Below, in pieces: positions 26,424 to 32,891 of a DNA stretch of 32,891 nt (its first letter is position 1; the number at the start of each line of letters is the position of its first letter). The notes below the pieces were generated by a model. The model was not told the origin of the DNA, did not search any database, and saw only the letters and a program-made list of their open reading frames with translations. The stretch is from NCBI GenBank assembly GCA_022844575.1, contig JALHLL010000005.1, forward strand, positions 1-32,891, in the 5' to 3' direction. The position numbers were made by a program, and so were the translations under genes. Source of the DNA: a bacterium. Lineage in GTDB: Bacteria; Bacteroidota; Ignavibacteria; Kapaibacteriales; UBA961.

Positions 26424-27895
26424 CAATAAGAACCCCGTGAATACCGTAATTCTGATTCTTTGAATAAACGCTCATTTATGCCTATACCGATACCAATGTA
26501 AAATGTTGTAAAACTGACTACATTGCTAACATTAAAATCCAATCTGTCTGTTACATTTGCAATGGGATTACCCGTTGCAATGCCTGCAGTTAACTGTAAA
26601 TTGAAATTCTGATTTATTGCCAATTTCAGAGCATTACTGATATTAAACACTCGTGAAGGATAATAATTATACTCAATGGATGGCTCCATAATTAATTCAT
26701 CGTTAATAAGAGTGTACCAATATCCCGCCCTTAAAGGTAATACCGACATTACAAATTCTTTTGAACCGAAAAATCCGAGATGTAATAAAGATGTCCCTAC
26801 AAATACTCTTTTATCAATAAATGGCAATGATAATGTCGTCGGGGCAATACGTATAGAAAACCCCTTAAATAACCCGCCTTGTGAAGTATTTTGTGCTCTT
26901 GGATTATTATTCGACCCATTTTGCTGAAAACTGAAAAAGCTTGTATCAGCAGTAGTAATATTGGTAGAAAATGATAATAAACCGATAGACCATGCACTAT
27001 GTTCATGGTATTTCCATTCAGTTTCCAACTCTTCGGGCTTATTCAAAAAGTCCAGAACCGATGTACCTAACCCTATATATGGAATTGTAGAGGAGAGTGA
27101 AGTATTCGTACTGTTGAGAGAGGAATTAGCCATATTGATACCTGCTGCTATTCCGCCATAAATCCGAAAATTTAAACCACCTATCGAACCGAAATCCAAT
27201 GAAACGGAAGCATTACCATATTGTGAAGGGAAATAGCCGAAACCGAAAGCAGGTGTAACGGTTATATATGGAATTTCATCGCGTAAATAATACCTTTTAC
27301 GTATATAGAGGGGAAAAACACTTACCAATGAACTTGAATTATCAACTTTCGGAACAATCATTTCTAAGGCGGATGTTCCGAATGTCCAGTTCGCAGCATC
27401 ACGAAACCACCGTAAACGCCATTCCATAATTCCGAAACGGTATAAGCCACCCGTAAATGTCACACTGCGCGGTTGTCCTTTTTTAATTGCACCGAATTCA
27501 GGATCAAAAACTCCGAAGATTCCGAATAATCCACTACCGAAACCTTCTTCGGGAGTACTTGTACCTATAAGACCGACACTTTCAAATAAACCCGCACGTA
27601 TGAAATTCGGATAATAGCGTTCCGTTGTGCTGTCATATTGTGTTTTAGTATGAGTTATTACCTTTGTTGTCGGCGAAGGGAAAACGATACCATTATCTCT
27701 TATACCCGGTGTATTATTAATTTGCTTTTCGACTGTGGTATCGTGAACCGTAATTGTAAACCTGTCTTCTTCGGTACGTGTTAATTGTTTATGTACTGCT
27801 GTATAACATCCTGATAAGAGAACAATACTTACAAATATGAATAGTATGGGATATGACTTTTTTAGTTCAGGTAACAACTGTCGCACTATATTCAT
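26423..27895 (-). CDS. Hypothetical lipoprotein with two tandem ~200-aa beta-barrel-like repeats
   Basis: Lipobox LLSG-C, Gly/aromatic amphipathic strands, visible internal duplication. Start moved to ATG 27895, 2 nt after the upstream stop. Confidence 0.75.
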   Translation of the reverse strand: MNIVRQLLPELKKSYPILFIFVSIVLLSGCYTAVHKQLTRTEEDRFTITVHDTTVEKQINNTPGIRDNGIVFPSPTTKVITHTKTQYDSTTERYYPNFIRAGLFESVGLIGTSTPEEGFGSGLFGIFGVFDPEFGAIKKGQPRSVTFTGGLYRFGIMEWRLRWFRDAANWTFGTSALEMIVPKVDNSSSLVSVFPLYIRKRYYLRDEIPYITVTPAFGFGYFPSQYGNASVSLDFGSIGGLNFRIYGGIAAGINMANSSLNSTNTSLSSTIPYIGLGTSVLDFLNKPEELETEWKYHEHSAWSIGLLSFSTNITTADTSFFSFQQNGSNNNPRAQNTSQGGLFKGFSIRIAPTTLSLPFIDKRVFVGTSLLHLGFFGSKEFVMSVLPLRAGYWYTLINDELIMEPSIEYNYYPSRVFNISNALKLAINQNFNLQLTAGIATGNPIANVTDRLDFNVSNVVSFTTFYIGIGIGINERLFKESELRYSRGSY

Positions 27896-27897
27896 AA

Positions 27898-28554
27898 TTA
27901 TCCTACGGTAAATTCTACCATACATATATTATTTAATTCCGCCTTTACAGTTGCTCCTACCGGTATCTGAGCAACCCCTTCCGGTGTTCCGGTAAATATA
28001 CAATCACCTTTTTGCAATCCAAAAATATCGGAAATAGTGGTAATCAGTTGTGCAACACTCCGTTCCATTGCGCTTGTGTTGCCATATTGTTTTAGCACTC
28101 CGTTAACATAAAGCCGCAGTTCGGCATTCTGCGTATCAATTTCTTCCTTCGGTACAACCGTTGAAATTGGAGCAGAACCACGAAACGATTTAGCTATTGC
28201 CCAGGGTTCACCTTTTTGTTTTGCAGATGTCTGTATATCACGTAAAGTCAAATCAACGCCAACGGCATATCCTGCTATATATTCTGAAGCGTTTTCAATC
28301 GGTATATTATTCCCGTCTTTTCCTATAACTACAACCAATTCAACCTCATGGTGAAGATTGGAAGAGAAAGGAGGAATGGCGACTTTGCCCCCGTTTGCCG
28401 TATAGGCAGTTGGCGGTTTAATGAAAATGAGAGGCCTCTCGTCGGGTACTTGAGCACCCATTTCTTTCGCATGGGCGGCATAGTTACGACCGATACAATA
28501 CATTGTACCTATATTGAGAGTGTTTTCTGAATTGAGGAATGTATAAACTGACAT
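27898..28554 (-). CDS. Fumarylacetoacetate hydrolase family protein (FAHD1/YcgM-like)
   Basis: CIGRNYAAHAKEMG, PLIFIKP, LHHEVELVVVIG, DLTLRDIQ, PWAIAKSF, GDCIFTGTPEGV. Start probably ATG 28554. Confidence 0.95.
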   Translation of the reverse strand: MSVYTFLNSENTLNIGTMYCIGRNYAAHAKEMGAQVPDERPLIFIKPPTAYTANGGKVAIPPFSSNLHHEVELVVVIGKDGNNIPIENASEYIAGYAVGVDLTLRDIQTSAKQKGEPWAIAKSFRGSAPISTVVPKEEIDTQNAELRLYVNGVLKQYGNTSAMERSVAQLITTISDIFGLQKGDCIFTGTPEGVAQIPVGATVKAELNNICMVEFTVG

Positions 28555-28612
28555 CAGTATTTTATTTATGTATTTTTTATCAATATACAAGTACAAAATA
28601 CAAAAAATCAAC

Positions 28613-30802
28613 TCAATTCAAACGAGGCAATCTCGGTACATTAAGGGAATCTTTTGTTTTTGTAGAGTCAGTTATTGAATTAGGTATGCTTCCTTCGGGG
28701 GGTGGTTCAGACCAATTAATGACCGTTTCCGTTGAATCGGAAGGAATAGAAAGGTAATTGAATGTTTTTCTATTAAAGCCAAGAGATTGATCATCATAAA
28801 TTTTCTTCATTAATCTGCCGAAAATAGGAGCTGCCGCACGACCTCCTTGTCCATACCAACCCTGAAACTTTATTCTTTGGCTGTCGAACCCCGTCCAAAC
28901 ACCTGCAACAATTTGAGGTGTAAAACCAATAAACCACGCATCAGCATAATCGTTTGTTGTGCCTGTTTTACCTGCTGCCGCATATTTGTAAAACTGTCTT
29001 ACGGATGAAGCCGTACCGCCATTTACAACACCCTCCATCATTCTTACCATGGTTTGTGCGGTTTTTTGGTGCATTGCATCCGTTATTTTTTTACTCTTTT
29101 TTCTCTCATATATAATATTTCCCATTCGATCTTCAATTTTGGTAATAAAGAAAGGGGGTACGTAAATTCCTTGATTAAGGAATGTACCATAAGCGGAAAT
29201 AATTTCAATCGGTTTTACCTCTTCCGCACCAAGTGCTAAAGTCGGGTATGCATCCATTGGTGTGGTTATACCACATCGCCGTGCCAATTTCACGACTTTT
29301 TCGGGTGTTGTATGTTCAGTTATGAGTCTCGCTGCGACGGAATTTATCGAGAACTTAAGTGCGGAAGAAAGTGGTAAAGGTCCTCCTTCGGAACTGGTTC
29401 CTGAGGGAGACCATACTTCACCCGACGGAAGTGTATAAGAAAAAGGTCCGCTTTCAACTGTTGAGCTTGCCGTCAAACCTTCCTCCAGAGCCGAAGCATA
29501 TACAAATGGTTTGAATGATGAACCCGGCTGCCTTTTAATTTGTACAGCGTGATTTAATGAGTATCGTGCTTCGGGTGTCATTCGCATTGCTTGGGGCGAT
29601 GCTCCTATCATTCCCAACACAGCACCTGTTGCGGGATCTAACACGACTACACCCGTTTGAATTAAAGTGTTTCTTCTTTTTACGGAATCTATAAAACCAC
29701 GATTCTTTTTATACTTCTCGCTTATTGAGCGTTTCTCTTTATCGGTCTCAGCAGCTATATAGTCTGCCCGACCGCGTATAGCGGCTGATAACAAAGAACC
29801 CAGTACCTCTTTATTATTTGTCCAACGCCAAGTTTTATCAAATTGGTTTTGAAAACCGGCGAGGTGTTCCTCAACGGCACTATTGGCATATCGTTGAACT
29901 TTTGCATTGAGCGTTGTGTGAATAATAAGCCCGTCTCTATACAGATCATAACCTTTTGTACCATATTCACCCTGTTCATCGCGCTCAAGTGTTTGGCGTA
30001 CCATTTCAACAAAATGAGGTGCAATACCTAAGCGCGATTGATTTTTTTTTGCTGACATTGTAATGGGTTGTTCAAGTGCTTCCACATAAGAAGTAGCTTG
30101 TAGTTTGCCATGTTCATAGGTCAATTGCAGAACCAAGTTTCTTCTTCCAATAGCGCGCTCATAATTATTTAAGGCATCATAACCAACCGGATTTTTCAAC
30201 AAAGCAACCATGTAAGCGCACTCGGCTACGGTTAACTCTTTGGGTCTTTTACCGAAAAATAACTGCGAAGCCACTTGAAGCCCATAAGCCCCGCGACCGA
30301 AACACACAGTATTTGTGTACAACTCAAGAATTTCTCTTTTTGTATAGGTTTGTTCGATTCTTATAGCTGTAAACGCTTCAAGAATTTTTCTTCTTAACGT
30401 TGGCGACTGATCTAAAAAGAGTTTTCTTGCTAACTGCTGGGTAATAGTGGAGGCACCTTCACGCTTGCCCATAAAGATATTTTTGAAGATAGCTTGTACG
30501 GTTCTTGTTGCGTGAACACCCCAGTGATTGTAAAATTCTCTGTCCTCCGTTGCTATAAGCGCTTGTATAAACTCATACGGAATGCTATCATAGGGCAGGT
30601 GGGTTCTTCTTTCGATAAAAAAGTAATCAAGAACTTCATCGTCGGCACTTATGATGCGTGTTGCCAAATCCTGTTTCGGATTTTCAAGTTCGGCAAATGA
30701 AGGCACATTACCGTTAATTATAAAGAATAGAATAATGGCAATGACGGCAAGGCAGCATGCCGATACGACGAAAAATGACGTAATCAACTGTCGAAACGAC
30801 AT
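28613..30802 (-). CDS. mrcA: Class A penicillin-binding protein 1A (transglycosylase/transpeptidase)
   Basis: GT51 motifs EDREFYNHWG, GASTITQQL, RKILE, KREILELYTN; transpeptidase SxxK (SSFK), SxN (SIN), KTG (GKTGTTN). Start probably ATG 30802, with TAATTTTG at 30838-30845 upstream. Confidence 0.95.
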   Translation of the reverse strand: MSFRQLITSFFVVSACCLAVIAIILFFIINGNVPSFAELENPKQDLATRIISADDEVLDYFFIERRTHLPYDSIPYEFIQALIATEDREFYNHWGVHATRTVQAIFKNIFMGKREGASTITQQLARKLFLDQSPTLRRKILEAFTAIRIEQTYTKREILELYTNTVCFGRGAYGLQVASQLFFGKRPKELTVAECAYMVALLKNPVGYDALNNYERAIGRRNLVLQLTYEHGKLQATSYVEALEQPITMSAKKNQSRLGIAPHFVEMVRQTLERDEQGEYGTKGYDLYRDGLIIHTTLNAKVQRYANSAVEEHLAGFQNQFDKTWRWTNNKEVLGSLLSAAIRGRADYIAAETDKEKRSISEKYKKNRGFIDSVKRRNTLIQTGVVVLDPATGAVLGMIGASPQAMRMTPEARYSLNHAVQIKRQPGSSFKPFVYASALEEGLTASSTVESGPFSYTLPSGEVWSPSGTSSEGGPLPLSSALKFSINSVAARLITEHTTPEKVVKLARRCGITTPMDAYPTLALGAEEVKPIEIISAYGTFLNQGIYVPPFFITKIEDRMGNIIYERKKSKKITDAMHQKTAQTMVRMMEGVVNGGTASSVRQFYKYAAAGKTGTTNDYADAWFIGFTPQIVAGVWTGFDSQRIKFQGWYGQGGRAAAPIFGRLMKKIYDDQSLGFNRKTFNYLSIPSDSTETVINWSEPPPEGSIPNSITDSTKTKDSLNVPRLPRLN

Positions 30803-30894
30803 AAAGAAGTATATGAGGTTTATGGCCGATGAACTATCAAAATTACGGCGGAATGACCGAATCAAACAAAGATTGTTGCAGATGACCCTCTGAA

Positions 30895-30933
30895 AATAAA
30901 AAGACGGTGGTATGTTTTTACAATACCACCGCC
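30895..30933 (-). terminator. Intrinsic terminator downstream of the Spy/CpxP-like gene
   Basis: Minus strand GGCGGTGGTATTG-TAAAAA-CATACCACCGTC-TTTTTATT. Confidence 0.75.
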
Positions 30934-30968
30934 AATTTTTTTACGAACTTTCCTCAAAATGAAGATTG

Positions 30969-31316
30969 TTAAAGCTCTTTTTTATGCTTCCTTTGTTCTT
31001 TCGCCTCTGCCTTCAGCTCATCGTACTTTTTCTGTTGTTCAGTCGTAAGTACCGATTTGATTTTTACATCAATTTCATTTGCAGTTTCCATTTTTTCTTT
31101 CCTCGTTCTGTCGCCGTCCTCCTTGCGTTCTGTCCGGACCTCTTTCATAATTTTTTTGATTTTTTCTTTCTGGTCATCCGTCAAATTCAATTTACTAAGA
31201 ATCTTTTTGAAATGTCCTCCATGACCGGAAGCAAAAACCGTATAGCACGGAATAAAACCTATAGAGGTTATAATAATGACTAAGGCGACTGCTGTTATTC
31301 TTTTTAACGAATGCAT
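30969..31316 (-). CDS. Periplasmic Spy/CpxP-like (LTXXQ motif) protein
   Basis: Signal peptide, two LTxxQ motifs (LNLTDDQKEKI, VLTTEQQKKY), charged helical body. Confidence 0.85.
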   Translation of the reverse strand: MHSLKRITAVALVIIITSIGFIPCYTVFASGHGGHFKKILSKLNLTDDQKEKIKKIMKEVRTERKEDGDRTRKEKMETANEIDVKIKSVLTTEQQKKYDELKAEAKEQRKHKKEL

Positions 31317-31649
31317 GTTCTTTCCCTAAAAAATGTTACAAAACAAAATAAACAATAACTGAAAGCGCAATTAAAAACTTAGAGAGGATACCGTGAATAA
31401 AGGTTTAACTATATATCACTATTCTTTAAAATTTCTAGAATAGTTAATGTTTATAAAATGCTCTGATAATAAAATTAATGATGATTGCGAATGTGGTAAG
31501 TTTGCGGAAAGGATGCCGAAACAATCTTGTATGAGCATTTGCACCGCATGACTTATGGCTTCTTTTTCAGAAGCGATGGTTGAGTGGATATCAAATTCTT
31601 ATCACTATTTCGAATACTTGTTCTATATTGTAGTTACAAATTTTTTCTG

Positions 31650-32891
31650 ATGAATTATATGAATATTACGGACATACATAAGATTTGGAAATCCGATGTT
31701 TCTTCAGGTGTTGTCGTTTTTTTAGTGGCTCTTCCTCTTTGCTTAGGAATTGCCCTGGCATCCGGTGCTCCGTTGTTTGCCGGTATTATAGCCGGAATAA
31801 TAGGCGGTACGGTTATAGCATTACTTTCCGGTTCGGAGATAAGTGTAAGTGGACCCGCGGCAGGTTTGGCTGTTATCGTTGCCGATGCGATTAAAACTAT
31901 CGGAAGTTTCGAGGGCTTTTTAACTGCTGTTATACTCGCGGGCATATTCCAGATACTGTTTGCTTTACTCCGACTTGGTAAAATTGCTAATTATGTACCC
32001 AATAGTGTTGTAAAGGGGATGTTGGCTGCAATCGGTGCTGTTATCATACTCAAGCAAATACCCCATGCCTTAGGGTACGATAAAGACTTTGAAGGTGATA
32101 TGGGGTTTATGCAATTTTTTGATAGTGAGAATTCTTTTACGGAAATAGTCAAAGCTATATATTCTTACTCAATGGGTGCGGTTATCGTATCTGTCGTATC
32201 ACTTGCCTTACTCTTATCCTGGGAAAATATTGTAGTGCGTCGAAAACCGCGTTTACGGCTTTTGCCCGCCCCATTGCTTGCCGTTATAGCCGGTGTAGGG
32301 TTAAATCAGTTCTTTTTATTAGTGTTTCCCGAACTTGCTATTACATCGGCGGACGGTCATTTGGTAAGTTTGCCTGTCGCTTCTTTTTCGGAGCTAAGTG
32401 GTTTTATGCATTATCCCGACTTGTCGTTCATAACATCGAAACTTGTTATCACAACCGGCTTTATTATAGCTGTTGTGGGTAGTATAGAAACTCTTTTATC
32501 AATAGAAGCAGCTGATGCGCTCGACCCCAAAAAAAGAATAAGTGCAACTAATAAAGAGTTATTTGCTCAGGGCATAGGCAATACGATTTCAGGTCTTATA
32601 GGGGGCATACCTATTACGTCTGTGATTGTAAGGTCAAGTGCGAATGTGTATGCGGGTGCTCAATCACGACTCTCATCTTTAATGCACGGATTTCTTTTAC
32701 TTTTTGCAGTACTTTTTATCCCGAGCATACTTAATCTTATACCCCTTTCTTGTTTGGCAGCCATATTATTGGTTATCGGCTATAAACTTACCTCAACAAA
32801 AGTTTTTAAGGAACAGTTTAGCAAAGGTATTCAGGATGTAATACCATTTTTAGTAACCTTCGTGGCAATTATCGTAAGCGATTTATTGGCG
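31650..32891 (+). CDS. SulP/SLC26 family inorganic anion (sulfate/bicarbonate) transporter, 3'-partial
   Basis: Absent from the ORF track because it runs off the window. Translated by hand: [107 protein letters not shown]. Start ATG 31650 or 31659. Confidence 0.95.
   Translation, partial: MNYMNITDIHKIWKSDVSSGVVVFLVALPLCLGIALASGAPLFAGIIAGIIGGTVIALLSGSEISVSGPAAGLAVIVADAIKTIGSFEGFLTAVILAGIFQILFALLRLGKIANYVPNSVVKGMLAAIGAVIILKQIPHALGYDKDFEGDMGFMQFFDSENSFTEIVKAIYSYSMGAVIVSVVSLALLLSWENIVVRRKPRLRLLPAPLLAVIAGVGLNQFFLLVFPELAITSADGHLVSLPVASFSELSGFMHYPDLSFITSKLVITTGFIIAVVGSIETLLSIEAADALDPKKRISATNKELFAQGIGNTISGLIGGIPITSVIVRSSANVYAGAQSRLSSLMHGFLLLFAVLFIPSILNLIPLSCLAAILLVIGYKLTSTKVFKEQFSKGIQDVIPFLVTFVAIIVSDLLA

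Noticed and set aside
31440-31620. Possible small ORF or ncRNA between the Spy-like gene and SulP
   Set aside because: Only short frames without convincing start context or motifs; no stable structure seen.
1382-31945. Numerous 60-200 aa ORFs nested in or antisense to recognised genes (e.g. 5949-6416, 14482-14916, 15429-16034, 30966-31283, 31655-31945)
   Set aside because: They overlap well-supported CDSs and show no recognisable motifs; typical shadow frames.

Overview
AT-rich chromosomal window, mostly core genes, from a diderm FCB-group bacterium. The taxonomy is inferred: Bacteroidota-type TAnnTTTG promoter boxes together with flagellar switch genes and Shine-Dalgarno-like sites point to an Ignavibacteria/Kapabacteria-like lineage. 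In order: a 5'-truncated histidine kinase remnant, tRNA-Met(CAT), a DUF151/UVR bifunctional nuclease, etfA, etfB, ftsK, recX, a small OM barrel, then a tightly packed envelope operon (giant TPR protein, short-plug TonB-receptor-like barrel, His-rich SPOR protein, Gly-rich TonB/TolA-like protein, small membrane protein, ugd). Next come an isolated fliL-fliM-fliN-fliO block and a LolA-like + VPS10/BNR propeller pair. A minus-strand run follows (PBP1A, FAH hydrolase, internally duplicated beta-barrel lipoprotein, second lipoprotein, orphan phnC, accD, membrane protein), then a Spy/CpxP-like protein and a SulP transporter running off the right edge (missed by the ORF track). Best candidates for undescribed systems: (1) the TPR/barrel/SPOR/TonB-like operon, a possible Tol-Pal-analogous septal envelope machine; (2) a lipoprotein built from two ~200-aa tandem beta-barrel-like repeats, overlapping a second lipoprotein and a phnC that lacks phnDE. 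No CRISPR array, rRNA, integrase or intact transposase was seen. All protein calls come from motif recognition by eye; no database search was run.
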